DNA from: a virus
Direction: 5' to 3' (one strand)
Virus genome (UHGV): UHGV-1680239
DNA: 53,635 nucleotides
Below the pieces are notes generated by a model that worked only from the letters and a program-made list of their open reading frames with translations, ran no database searches and had not been told where the DNA came from. How positions within the stretch are numbered: the stretch's first letter is position 1; every line of letters begins with the position of its first letter. Both the position numbers and the translations under genes were made by a program. Below, piece after piece: positions 7,629 to 16,814 of this stretch.

Positions 7629-8807
7629 ATGAGCCTTTATGTTATATCAACATTTAGGTTGGTCACAATATTGCCTATTAAAAGTGGAATTATCGTGAGC
7701 GAGCTGAAAGAGCTAATTACCGAATTAGATTTTGAACAATGGTTGGACACTGAAGGTATCGTTTATCGACGTGGAGGCGTGAGTGCTCGCGGTCGTGAAG
7801 TGAATATCAAGGAGTGTCCGGTATGCGGCAGCTCCAACTGGAAGGTATATTTCAATCTGACCAGTGGCGTCGGTAAATGCTTCGCTGGTGATCATCCCGA
7901 AGAGATTCAGTTCAATAAGCTGGTCTTCCTCAAGCACTACAGCGGCAAATCACGACGACAGTTCGAGGAATATGTGCAGAACGCCCTTCTTTCCCAGGGG
8001 TGGGCACCAAAGAAAGAAGAGATAGTGCTTGCAAGCACAGTCGAGTTAGAGGGACCACTTGCACTCCCTCGTCATTACGAACTTCCTATAGATGGCCGTC
8101 TTCCAGACTATCTGGTTGAACGAAACATATCGCCTGAAATGGCAAAGTATTTTGACCTACGATACTGCGTCGAAGGTAAGCACGCCTATGTAGATCCGTA
8201 TACAGATCAGGTTAAAGGACAGATATTCGATATGCGAATACTGATACCGGTTTACGATCTGGATGGGGTAATGAAGACATTTCAGGGACGAGACATTACC
8301 GGTACAGCAGAACGCCGCTACCTCTTTCCTATGCAGCTTCCAGCTTCAGGTAAGTTTCTCTACAACGGCCATAATGCAGTCGGCAAACAGACTGTAGTTG
8401 TCTGTGAGGGGGCGTTCGATGTTATGGGGGTTAAACGAGCTATTTTTGACGAAGAAACATTACGTGATTACGTGGAACCAATAGGAACGTTCGGGATGCA
8501 TCTATCTGGTAACACCACTCAGGATGCAGAAGATCAGTTAGGCGCGTTCCTGACGCTCAAGGCGCGTGGGTTACGTAATGTGATCATGATGTGGGATAGT
8601 GAAAAGCAAGCTATACGTAATACGATGGCCGCAGCCAGGCGACTGACCAGTATTGGTCTTAATGTCAAAGTGGCGTGTTTGGGCGAGGAAGGACTCGACC
8701 CGGGCGATGCAACGCCAGAGCAAATCATCAAAGCCTATTATCGGGCAAAACCGTATACCAAGCAGTTGGAGTTACAAAGCAAGGTTTTGGGCATTAAGGC
8801 TCTATGA
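7629..8807 (+). CDS. DnaG-type DNA primase (zinc finger plus TOPRIM)
   Basis: CPVCGSSNW...KCFAGDH zinc-binding motif; TOPRIM VVVCEGAFDV; the ATG at 7629 sits in the conserved AAAAACACATG context (track start 7557 lies inside the hairpin). Confidence 0.8.
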   Translation: MSLYVISTFRLVTILPIKSGIIVSELKELITELDFEQWLDTEGIVYRRGGVSARGREVNIKECPVCGSSNWKVYFNLTSGVGKCFAGDHPEEIQFNKLVFLKHYSGKSRRQFEEYVQNALLSQGWAPKKEEIVLASTVELEGPLALPRHYELPIDGRLPDYLVERNISPEMAKYFDLRYCVEGKHAYVDPYTDQVKGQIFDMRILIPVYDLDGVMKTFQGRDITGTAERRYLFPMQLPASGKFLYNGHNAVGKQTVVVCEGAFDVMGVKRAIFDEETLRDYVEPIGTFGMHLSGNTTQDAEDQLGAFLTLKARGLRNVIMMWDSEKQAIRNTMAAARRLTSIGLNVKVACLGEEGLDPGDATPEQIIKAYYRAKPYTKQLELQSKVLGIKAL

Positions 8808-8885
8808 TAACAATCACCTTTAAAATAAGTAGATGATTACTTATCTTTCTGTGAGAATACTTTCATCTGTTAGCTAGGAGTTGGT

Positions 8886-9662
8886 ATGAAAGACGAAATT
8901 CAGAAATTAGCCTGCGACATCATTGATAAAACTGGTTTAGAAATCAGCGAGAGCAATCGGCTAGACATCATTGAAAAAGCCGTAAAAACAGCAATGGATC
9001 ATATCGCCACTCGTTTGGTCGAGATCCCGCTACCAGGGCTACCTTATCTGAAAGTTGAGTTACACGTATGGGGTGAACCTTCTTGTTCACGGCGTTCTGC
9101 ATTAGTTGTTTTTATTAGCAAAGAAAACCCGCTCAGTCTTAAAGTGCAGGTTGGTGCATGGATGGATGGAAAAGTGATCTACACAAATACCGTTTTTTGT
9201 CTTTCAAACGACGAAACTATTGAAGCGGCCATTCAAGAAGCAGTTCTAGCAATGCGCAGCAGCGGTTTGATGAAGAATAACTACGAAGAGTACTTGCGTT
9301 CGATAAGTGGTGAAAAGACATTATCTCTGAAAGCAGATTTCGTTACCCCGAAAAATCTGTTGGAAGTCTTGCTTAATAAAGGGGCTAATGATGCCGTAAA
9401 TGTAATCAGAGAGAGTGAGTATGCGTCTCTTTGCGACATGTGCAAAAGCCAGTTGGATCTGGTGCATATCGTTATTGATGCTGGGAAGGCATGTGATGGC
9501 GTAATGGCGGAATTTGCTTGGAAGGTGGTCAGGATTGCTAACGAATTACCGATGATAGAGCAAGAGGCTAAATCATACGCCACCAATCATGTCACAGAGC
9601 TTCTTGCCCCCTATCGCTTAGAAAGCAATCAGAGCAAGATGATTAGCTGGGGAAGTTGGTAA
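8886..9662 (+). CDS. hypothetical protein
   Basis: 258-aa ORF with GGAG RBS; no recognisable motif. Confidence 0.5.
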   Translation: MKDEIQKLACDIIDKTGLEISESNRLDIIEKAVKTAMDHIATRLVEIPLPGLPYLKVELHVWGEPSCSRRSALVVFISKENPLSLKVQVGAWMDGKVIYTNTVFCLSNDETIEAAIQEAVLAMRSSGLMKNNYEEYLRSISGEKTLSLKADFVTPKNLLEVLLNKGANDAVNVIRESEYASLCDMCKSQLDLVHIVIDAGKACDGVMAEFAWKVVRIANELPMIEQEAKSYATNHVTELLAPYRLESNQSKMISWGSW

Positions 9663-9717
9663 TCTCTCCGCGCGTCGTTTTTTACGCAAATAACGATAGG
9701 TAAGTACAAGATTATTT

Positions 9718-10200
9718 ATGGCGGTAGTTGTGAAAGCTGATTTGTCAAAAATCCCTTCTATTTCAGGAAATAACGGTTATTCACTTCGTTGTGAGGAAGT
9801 AAAGATAAACGGTGAGTCGGCATATTGCAGCTATTCCGTTTGCCAGCACACCATTCTTGCCTTCAAAGAAAACCGTCTTCCTCGAACTTCTTTCCAGTCG
9901 TGCGCAACCGCTATTAAAGCAGGCAAATGCAAGGCGTTAAAAATGATGGTTGAAGAGATTCGTAAAGGAGAATCTCTGTATTTCGAAGATATGACCGCGC
10001 TCATTAAGGAGGTTGAAGAACGGAATAAACAAGCCAGAACTATAAAACGAAAACGTGACAGTGTAACGATTAATAGCATGGTTAAGAAGAGCACCACATC
10101 ACAAACAGCGATCACTGACGTGTATGCGGCGTTGCTTGAAGAAACAACAAAAGAAACACATGAGCAAATCGATCAACATATGGAGGCAAAACAACAATGA
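9718..10200 (+). CDS. hypothetical protein (Cys-rich N-terminal half, basic C-terminus)
   Basis: 160-aa ORF; stop overlaps the ligase start (ATGA). Confidence 0.5.
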   Translation: MAVVVKADLSKIPSISGNNGYSLRCEEVKINGESAYCSYSVCQHTILAFKENRLPRTSFQSCATAIKAGKCKALKMMVEEIRKGESLYFEDMTALIKEVEERNKQARTIKRKRDSVTINSMVKKSTTSQTAITDVYAALLEETTKETHEQIDQHMEAKQQ

Positions 10201-11519
10201 AAAAGTTGATCGCACTTAAGCATAAGCTGGACGAAATGAAAGCTATGGGAACCAATGCAAAAAAAGAGGCATTGGCCAACATGGATGACTTCGAGCAAAG
10301 CATGGTTTCATTGATGCTCAACCCTTTCATCCGTTTTGGGGTAAAGAAATACAAAGTGGCAGAGCCGCTTAGTGAGTCCATCCCAAGTGACGAAAAAGCC
10401 ATTGATGTACTGAATAAGCTGGCCTCTCGCGAGCTAACGGGGAACGCGGCAATAGCTGCTGTTGAGTCTATCGTGGCGTCAATGTGCGCCGATGGGCAGG
10501 ACGTGTTCCGTCGTTTCCTCTTAAAAGATCCGAAAGCTGGCGTTGGGATTAGCCTATGCAACAAGGTTTTTGAAAATCCCATTCCGAAATTTGAGGTGCA
10601 GCTGGCGTCACCGTATAAAGAAAAAGGCGACAAATACCCCTTCAAGCCAAATCCTAAAGCCAAATGGCCGATGATTGGCAGCCTTAAGCTCGATGGTTTG
10701 CGAGTAATTTGTGAGGTTATTGTTGACGAGGAAGAGGTGAACTTCCTTTCTCGTACTGGTAATCCAATCACGTCTCTCGATCACCTAAAGCCAGCCATGC
10801 TCGAATTAGGCAAACTTTCAGGCCACAAACACATCTTCTTCGATGGTGAAGGAACAGCCGGTTCATTTAACCAGTCCGTATCTGCATTGCGCAAAAAGAA
10901 CGTGCAGGCAATTGGCGCTATTTATCATGTTTTCGACTTCTTCCTACCGGAATGGCGGGCACAGGCTAAATCCAAAGAGTATGCAAAGACAGGTATGAAG
11001 CTGAAAGAGCGCCTGGCTATTCTCGTGGCGTTGTTCAAAAACGATCGCAGTGAAGACTACGCGCAAGACATTCACCTACATCCGTTCTACATCATCCATA
11101 GCCACGAAGACTTCATCGAACGCTTCATGAAACGCCTGGACGATAACGAAGAAGGGGAGATGGGCAAAGATCCGAACTCTGTTTACGAGTTTAAACGTAC
11201 CCGCAGCTGGTGGAAGTTAAAAGACGAAGATTCAGAAGATGGTGAAATTATCGACTTTGAGCCGGGCGACCCGGACTCTGGTTTTGCCAACACACTTGGA
11301 AAAATTGTTATTCGTCTTGAAAACGGCGTCATCGTTCGTGCGAGCGGCATTAAGCATAAATATCTGGACGAGATCTGGAACAACAAAGAGAAGTACCGTG
11401 GTCGTATTGTCGAGGTTCATTGTCACGAGAAAACACCGGACGGCAGCTTACGCCACCCACGACTGAAATGGCCGCGTTGCTTACGCGATACCGAAGATCG
11501 AATCGGAGATAAAGAATGA
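10197..11519 (+). CDS. ATP-dependent DNA ligase
   Basis: Adenylation motif I KLDGLR within SLKLDGLRVICE; 440 aa. Confidence 0.8.
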   Translation: MKKLIALKHKLDEMKAMGTNAKKEALANMDDFEQSMVSLMLNPFIRFGVKKYKVAEPLSESIPSDEKAIDVLNKLASRELTGNAAIAAVESIVASMCADGQDVFRRFLLKDPKAGVGISLCNKVFENPIPKFEVQLASPYKEKGDKYPFKPNPKAKWPMIGSLKLDGLRVICEVIVDEEEVNFLSRTGNPITSLDHLKPAMLELGKLSGHKHIFFDGEGTAGSFNQSVSALRKKNVQAIGAIYHVFDFFLPEWRAQAKSKEYAKTGMKLKERLAILVALFKNDRSEDYAQDIHLHPFYIIHSHEDFIERFMKRLDDNEEGEMGKDPNSVYEFKRTRSWWKLKDEDSEDGEIIDFEPGDPDSGFANTLGKIVIRLENGVIVRASGIKHKYLDEIWNNKEKYRGRIVEVHCHEKTPDGSLRHPRLKWPRCLRDTEDRIGDKE

Positions 11520-11731
11520 TCGTATTAAGTAAAAGGGAGAAAGAAACGCTTCATGAAATCAGTAAGTGGCCGGAGTTCCCTGAGTACTGGAAGCCTAAAA
11601 CGCGAGCTAAGTTAGAGCGTTTAGGGTTGGTTGCAAACGTTTCTGAAACGTGGTGCTCGGCCAACTACCAGTTAACTGATAAAGGGAAAGTATTGCTACA
11701 GCAATTAGTAGAATCAGGAGTGTTAAAATGA
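11516..11731 (+). CDS. small hypothetical protein (possible winged-helix fold)
   Basis: 71 aa; coupled to the ligase stop; wHTH-like KLERLGLV...YQLTDKGKVLL. Confidence 0.4.
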   Translation: MIVLSKREKETLHEISKWPEFPEYWKPKTRAKLERLGLVANVSETWCSANYQLTDKGKVLLQQLVESGVLK

Positions 11732-11880
11732 TTCCATACATCTCATTAGCTTTTATGGGTGGCTTCCTTATCGGCTTCGGCATCTGTCGTGATTTAATTA
11801 AGCAGGAACTTAAAACCAAAACACTGTGCATCGGAAAGCGTGTGTATCGGGTAGTTCATGAAACAAAGGTTAGAAAATGA
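11728..11880 (+). CDS. small membrane protein (about 50 aa), not in the ORF track
   Basis: ATG 11728 overlaps the upstream stop, TGA overlaps the next ATG (11877); one predicted TM helix. Confidence 0.3.
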   Translation: MIPYISLAFMGGFLIGFGICRDLIKQELKTKTLCIGKRVYRVVHETKVRK

Positions 11881-12167
11881 GCAATTTAACTTCTTGGGAC
11901 TGGTTGTTGGCCACCTATTTCTTAGCGGCCGGAGTCGCATTCGCCTTTTACGTAGGTCAGTTAGTCGTAAAACTGTTGCTGATTAAATTTGCTAGTCATA
12001 AACGTATCGATGATGGTCTGTGGCGTCTTGGCACCCTGGTGGAAACTCGCTACGGGCAACTTAAGGAGAACGAAACCATTACTATCCAGGCGAAACGATT
12101 CACTGCCACCATCACAAGAACACCTAGTCGTAGAGTGGCCTTGATCAAAAAAGTCACAACCGAATAA
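11877..12167 (+). CDS. small membrane protein
   Basis: 96 aa with N-terminal TM helix; last gene before the tRNA island. Confidence 0.4.
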   Translation: MSNLTSWDWLLATYFLAAGVAFAFYVGQLVVKLLLIKFASHKRIDDGLWRLGTLVETRYGQLKENETITIQAKRFTATITRTPSRRVALIKKVTTE

Positions 12168-12556
12168 AAACATCATGATAAGTATTTACTTACTTATCTT
12201 TTATGTATAAGATGACTTTGTTTTCGTTGAGACGCGACTGTTTGAACTTAAATACAAGTGCAAACGAAGAAGTCTATCTGGCAGTAGCCTAATAAGCCAA
12301 ACACCAGCGAGGTCAGTTTCCAGCCTCGTTACCGAAATGGGACACACTGAGCGAGTGTGATTGCAGAACGCAGGAGGGAACATTCATGTTCCCTCCGATG
12401 AAGTAACAGAATGGGCGGTTGGTATATTTTCAACTCCATATGACTCCCGGATTCTTAGCCACTGACCGCCCATCCTGTTACGTCATTTTGTTCAATTATG
12501 TCGTTTATACTGGGTTAAAAAGCGGCGACGTAGCCCGGCTGGTATGGTTAGCCAGC

Positions 12557-12679
12557 ACACAACGTTGAGGCCATTACATTTTTATCAATTCTAAGGTTCT
12601 ATTCACAGAGATACCGGCGAGCGTTGATATGTAACATGTTGGGCAAACATTCAATCGGAGTAGTGGCCTCAACGTTGTG
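12557..12679 (+). repeat. long hairpin element A (16-bp perfect stem ACACAACGTTGAGGCC / GGCCTCAACGTTGTG enclosing about 90 nt)
   Basis: Shares the CACAACG...CGTTGTG stem ends with elements B-D in the tRNA island. Confidence 0.5.
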
Positions 12680-12945
12680 AAGACAGGATTGTTGTGTAGG
12701 TTTAACCACTGTTGCCATTGGTGCCTGTTTTCACAACAAATGATTCCATACATCACATTGTATAAATTATAAAGTAGGTGCTGTCCTCAGAAACATCATC
12801 TACTTAAAGATTTTGCCTTCTACTATTGAGCGAAGTCGAAAGCGTCTGGCACTAACGAAAAGTGCAAGTAGCGGTGCGTTTCCTGGCAGAAACTAAACCG
12901 TCGCGATTGGCACTGTTGAGTAATAAATACTGGCAGTGCTGAATT

Positions 12946-13020
12946 GATGGTGTAGCTCAGCGGTAGAGCAGTTGGCTGTTAACCAACTGGTCGGTGGTTC
13001 GAATCCACCCACCATCGCCA
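12946..13020 (+). tRNA. tRNA-Asn (anticodon GTT)
   Basis: Hand-folded cloverleaf: acceptor GATGGTG/CACCATC, D-arm GCTC-AGCGGTA-GAGC, anticodon loop CTGTTAA, T-arm GGTGG-TTCGAAT-CCACC, encoded CCA. Confidence 0.85.
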
Positions 13021-13025
13021 ATTTA

Positions 13026-13112
13026 GGGGAGTTAGTCCGTAGGGGCAGCGGGGTAGACTGTAAATCTACTGTCATTGCGACTCGGGTGGTTCGACTCCAT
13101 CACTCCCCACCA
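13026..13112 (+). tRNA. tRNA-Tyr (anticodon GTA), long variable arm
   Basis: Acceptor GGGGAGT/ACTCCCC, anticodon stem-loop GTAGA-CTGTAAA-TCTAC, T-loop TTCGACT, encoded CCA; D-arm geometry slightly atypical. Confidence 0.75.
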
Positions 13113-13116
13113 AATT

Positions 13117-13192
13117 GCCGGTTTAGCTCAGTTGGTAGAGCGCCTGCCTTGTAAGCAGGATGTCAGCGGTTCGATCCCGTTAACCGGCACCA
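13117..13192 (+). tRNA. tRNA-Thr (anticodon TGT)
   Basis: Acceptor GCCGGTT/AACCGGC, D-arm GCTC...GAGC, anticodon loop CTTGTAA, T-loop TTCGATC, encoded CCA. Confidence 0.85.
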
Positions 13193-13278
13193 ACACAACA
13201 GGTAAGAGCATTGGGCGAATCGGCGATACTGACCCACAAGCCCGTAAATCGATAGAGTCAGACCAGTGCTCTTACCGT
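13193..13278 (+). repeat. long hairpin element B, abutting the 3' end of tRNA-Thr
   Basis: Arms CACAACAGGTAAGAGCA / TGCTCTTACCGTTGTG with one bulge. Confidence 0.5.
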
Positions 13279-13333
13279 TGTGAGGAAGTGCAGCTCTTTG
13301 AAGCAACCAGAAGATAAGCATCTGGCTTCACAA

Positions 13334-13412
13334 CACAACGATAAGATCATTACGGTTAATCGTCGTTCATGTGCACAATGACTGGTCGAAAGGTAGTGAT
13401 CTTACCGTTGTG
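13334..13412 (+). repeat. long hairpin element C
   Basis: Arms CACAACGATAAGATCA / TGATCTTACCGTTGTG with one mismatch. Confidence 0.5.
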
Positions 13413-13512
13413 ATGAATGCACAGGCTGATGTGCCGCAACTACAGTAGTGCGCGCTTTGCGGGGCTTGCTACAACCCTGTGTCGGAGTTCAGCACCGACC
13501 ATCACAATAGCT

Positions 13513-13599
13513 GGAGAGTAGGGAGCATGGTGCTCAAGCGGTCTTGAAAACCGTCCCATTGCGCAAGCGATGATGGTTCGATTCCATTACTCTCCGCCA
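13513..13599 (+). tRNA. tRNA-Ser (anticodon TGA), long variable arm
   Basis: Acceptor GGAGAGT/ACTCTCC, anticodon stem-loop GCGGT-CTTGAAA-ACCGT, T-arm GATGG-TTCGATT-CCATT, encoded CCA. Confidence 0.8.
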
Positions 13600-13601
13600 G
13601 A

Positions 13602-13679
13602 CACAGCGTTGAGCGGTTTGGCCTTTTAATCACCCAGATTAAGACTCCGCTAACATAAACCAGACCGCTCAACGCTGTG
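13602..13679 (+). repeat. long hairpin element D, abutting the 3' end of tRNA-Ser
   Basis: 16-bp perfect arms CACAGCGTTGAGCGGT / ACCGCTCAACGCTGTG. Confidence 0.5.
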
Positions 13680-13754
13680 ATAGACAATTACGGCAGACGT
13701 TCTTAACCATAGCTTGCTAACATCCTAGCAACACTTTTTTTCAGCGCAAAATTC

Positions 13755-13777
13755 AAAGGGGCTTCGGCCCCTTTTTT
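13755..13777 (+). terminator. rho-independent terminator closing the tRNA island
   Basis: GGGGC-TTCG-GCCCC hairpin followed by TTTTTT. Confidence 0.65.
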
Positions 13778-13820
13778 GCAACTGAAAGAGTCAAGTCTAC
13801 GAACTTTGTAGGAAGAAATA

Positions 13821-14171
13821 ATGACCAGCAAAGATAACACACCACTAAAAGTCACCCCTGAACACATTGAACAACTCATTCAAAGTGAACATTATTTCAC
13901 TGCATATGATGCCAGCCACGGGGATAACTTCATCTCTGTTTACAATTCAAAAACAGATATCGACAAAGGTCATGAGTCGTTAAAACTCTTAACGTTCTGC
14001 GTTATGGTTCTCAAAAATGGATATACCGTAACGGGAAAATCTGCGTGCGTAAGACCAGAAATCTTCAACTTTGATGTTGGTCGCGAGTACGCTCGAAAAG
14101 ATGCTATCGATCAAATCTGGCCCCTGGAAGGCTATCTCCTGAAGCAAAAGTGGCATGAGGCAAAGCAATGA
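13821..14171 (+). CDS. hypothetical protein
   Basis: 116-aa ORF, stop overlapping the glutaredoxin start. Confidence 0.45.
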   Translation: MTSKDNTPLKVTPEHIEQLIQSEHYFTAYDASHGDNFISVYNSKTDIDKGHESLKLLTFCVMVLKNGYTVTGKSACVRPEIFNFDVGREYARKDAIDQIWPLEGYLLKQKWHEAKQ

Positions 14172-14413
14172 CGATCACTATCTACGGACGAGATAACTGC
14201 TCATACTGCAAACGTGCGGTCGAGCTGGCGAAGCAACTAAAGGGACATGGCTACGGTGATTATGAGTACATCGACATCACCACTGCCGGTATCGATAAGG
14301 AAAAACTTAGCGAAATTGTTGGTAAACCGGTAGAGACGATCCCCCAGGTGCTGATCGATGGCCAGCCGATTGGCGGATACACAGAATTTGCTGCTTTTGC
14401 GAGCACTCTGTAG
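14168..14413 (+). CDS. glutaredoxin (NrdH/Grx-like)
   Basis: 81 aa with active-site CSYC near the N-terminus and a thioredoxin-fold pattern. Confidence 0.8.
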   Translation: MTITIYGRDNCSYCKRAVELAKQLKGHGYGDYEYIDITTAGIDKEKLSEIVGKPVETIPQVLIDGQPIGGYTEFAAFASTL

Positions 14414-14508
14414 TACAATACGGCTCCTTTTGGGGCCATTTATTATTTGTAGCTTTCATCAGCACAGCGTACACTTAGTTACGAGCCATTGAGTAGTTAA
14501 GAGGTTTT

Positions 14509-15117
14509 ATGCGTTTAGAAAATTGCCTAGAAGATATGAGTGTCATTAGCAATGCCCTTGCTACTGTGACCTCTAACGCTTCACGCTTTTCAAACGCAAA
14601 GCCTACAGCTAAATCTGGGCGTGATTTTATTGAACCGCGTGGATATCGACGCTTCCGTGGCACGATGAAGCCCTCTGCGAAATTCACAGGATTCAAAACA
14701 CAAACCTATGTGAGCACTGCGGCTATTCCTGTTCAAGAGAACCGCGATGCGGCACAGCTGGCAAAGATTGAAAGCAAGCTCGCAGAATTGACGGCGAAAC
14801 ACGTTCGCTTAGCCCATGCCATCTCTGGATGGAAAGCGGAAAAGATTCGCAGCAACTTCGGTGAAAGTCGTTACGAAGAACTGAAGAACGTTGACCTGAC
14901 CATTCGTGGTTTGGAGGGATTCGTTAACAAGTTGATTCGCGACTCTGAGCAACCTCATCCATATTTGAAACGCTTGAGCGATTCTGTAACTGAGTATCGT
15001 TTAGCTATCTCTGATCTGCTATTGATTTTAAATCAGTGTTTTAACGACGTAAACGTCATCGAATCGCAGACTGGCCTCATTGATGAGGACGTCTTCGCCA
15101 ACTTCTCATTCCATTGA
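14509..15117 (+). CDS. hypothetical protein immediately upstream of a YafO-like toxin gene (candidate cognate antitoxin)
   Basis: 202-aa ORF with RBS; 9-nt gap to the next gene; not YefM/Phd-like by eye. Confidence 0.5.
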   Translation: MRLENCLEDMSVISNALATVTSNASRFSNAKPTAKSGRDFIEPRGYRRFRGTMKPSAKFTGFKTQTYVSTAAIPVQENRDAAQLAKIESKLAELTAKHVRLAHAISGWKAEKIRSNFGESRYEELKNVDLTIRGLEGFVNKLIRDSEQPHPYLKRLSDSVTEYRLAISDLLLILNQCFNDVNVIESQTGLIDEDVFANFSFH

Positions 15118-15126
15118 GGTTGAACG

Positions 15127-15537
15127 ATGAAGATCACATGGAACAGTGATAGTTACGCCCAATTTTTAAAGCCGACCTTCGATATAAAGCCTGACTTAGA
15201 GATTACGTTACTCAACGATTTCAAGTCGTTTAAACAAGGCATGTACCCAGCCATATTCGGCAAAGATGGCCCGTATACGGCTCCTGGTGCTATCGTGTCC
15301 TCCCGCGTCTATCACGTTCATCTCTTGTTCACGAAGCAAGAACGAACCAGCAGCCGCAGCAGATTCAATTGCACAAGCGACCGTGCACTCGTTTACAGTC
15401 AACATGCACATTTCCAAGATGTGTATAGCCTATTGGCAATCTCCCCTAACAACGCACATCAGTACGCGAAAGATCCAAAAATTATGGTCGATATCGCTGC
15501 CTACGCGGCCGCATTTCAAGCTCTCACTAACCCTTAA
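15127..15537 (+). CDS. YafO-like toxin (candidate ribosome-dependent mRNA interferase)
   Basis: 136 aa; segments FGKDGPYTAPG...VYHVHL and ALVYSQHAHFQDVYSLLAI...AHQYAKD resemble E. coli YafO as I recall it. Confidence 0.5.
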   Translation: MKITWNSDSYAQFLKPTFDIKPDLEITLLNDFKSFKQGMYPAIFGKDGPYTAPGAIVSSRVYHVHLLFTKQERTSSRSRFNCTSDRALVYSQHAHFQDVYSLLAISPNNAHQYAKDPKIMVDIAAYAAAFQALTNP

Positions 15538-15710
15538 CAATCATATTAATAACGCCTCAGAATTTAAATTCCTCCCTTAAATGATTCCATACCTACTATG
15601 TATGGAATCATTACTGAAAATGAGTTACTTTGACTCTTGATCCTATAAGAATCTATGCCTAATATACTGTTTACTTATACAGTACATCGGCGTAACTCGG
15701 TGATTGTCAT

Positions 15711-16814
15711 ATGAAAAATAGCTTTGACAGAGCACGCGCAGCGGAGAACACCTCAAAAGAGGCGATTGAGTATCTCGAAAGAGCATCTCAAATGCAGGCA
15801 GTTATGATCTCCCAGGTCAGCAATGACATGAGATTCTCGGACGCATTCATGTTATTCACTCGCTTATCTCTGCTGATAACCAGACGTCGGCCAGAGATCG
15901 CTGTTCATTGTATTTTGATACATGTTTTGCCGCACATTGCCGATGTAAAAGTAAGTGACATTAATAGGTTCATGGTGAACCAACTGGTCAACCCACTAAT
16001 ACTGGATGGCAAAATTGTTATGGGCCGCCGCGTTTTCTCTCTGATGAAGCAGTTCCTTAGCTGGTGTGCCTTCCAGGGGATGATCGACGTATCACCGTTA
16101 AACGATATGTCACTAAACAAAGTTGCCGGTGGCGCAAAGCCCACACCTCGCGAGCGGAAGCTGACCGACGCAGAGGTATGGGTGTTCTGGAATATCTGGG
16201 ACTACTTCAATGTGTGCGCAGGTACAAAATGGGCGGCCAGGCTATGTCTTGTATCCGCAAGACGACCTGATGAAGTACTGCGGGCTAAAAAAAGTGAGTT
16301 CAATCTTAAGCGTGGGGTTTGGAATCAAGGCAAAAGAAACAAGTCAGCACGTGAGCATTCGCTGCCTTTAAGCACATTAATGCGCACATGCATTGAAGAG
16401 TTGTTCGAATACGGTAAAGATAGCCAGTGGCTCGTTCCTTCGAATAAAAAAATCGGGAAAGACCTTCCTATGTCTAAAGTGGCAATAGCCCAGGCATTAC
16501 GTCGTATTCTGGAACGACCAGAACTGATGGAGCTTGAGCCATTTACACCCCGAGATTTGCGCCGTACTGCGCGTAGTTACTTCCCAGCATTAGGCATAAG
16601 CCAGGAGGTATCACGTAAAATCATGAACCACAGTCTTGAGGGGATAGATCGGGTCTACGACCGGCACGATTATATGGACGAGATGCGAGACGCCTTAGAA
16701 AGTTTCTCGACGTACATCGCATCAATCGTAGAGCAACCGGATTTAGACGAAATTGACCACAAATTTAAGGGAGATCGTCTATCAACAGAGCTTATTCGTG
16801 TAAATTTTTCATAG
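15711..16814 (+). CDS. tyrosine site-specific recombinase (integrase or resolvase)
   Basis: C-terminal catalytic signature PRDLRRTARS ... NHSLEG ... VYDRHDY (R..R, H..R, Y). Confidence 0.8.
   Translation: MKNSFDRARAAENTSKEAIEYLERASQMQAVMISQVSNDMRFSDAFMLFTRLSLLITRRRPEIAVHCILIHVLPHIADVKVSDINRFMVNQLVNPLILDGKIVMGRRVFSLMKQFLSWCAFQGMIDVSPLNDMSLNKVAGGAKPTPRERKLTDAEVWVFWNIWDYFNVCAGTKWAARLCLVSARRPDEVLRAKKSEFNLKRGVWNQGKRNKSAREHSLPLSTLMRTCIEELFEYGKDSQWLVPSNKKIGKDLPMSKVAIAQALRRILERPELMELEPFTPRDLRRTARSYFPALGISQEVSRKIMNHSLEGIDRVYDRHDYMDEMRDALESFSTYIASIVEQPDLDEIDHKFKGDRLSTELIRVNFS

Noticed and set aside
12893-13687. Track ORFs 12893..13075 (-), 12972..13154 (+), 13075..13317 (+) and 13502..13687 (-)
   Set aside because: They lie on top of four well-formed tRNA cloverleaves and the hairpin elements, and have no RBS; they are chance ORFs through RNA genes.
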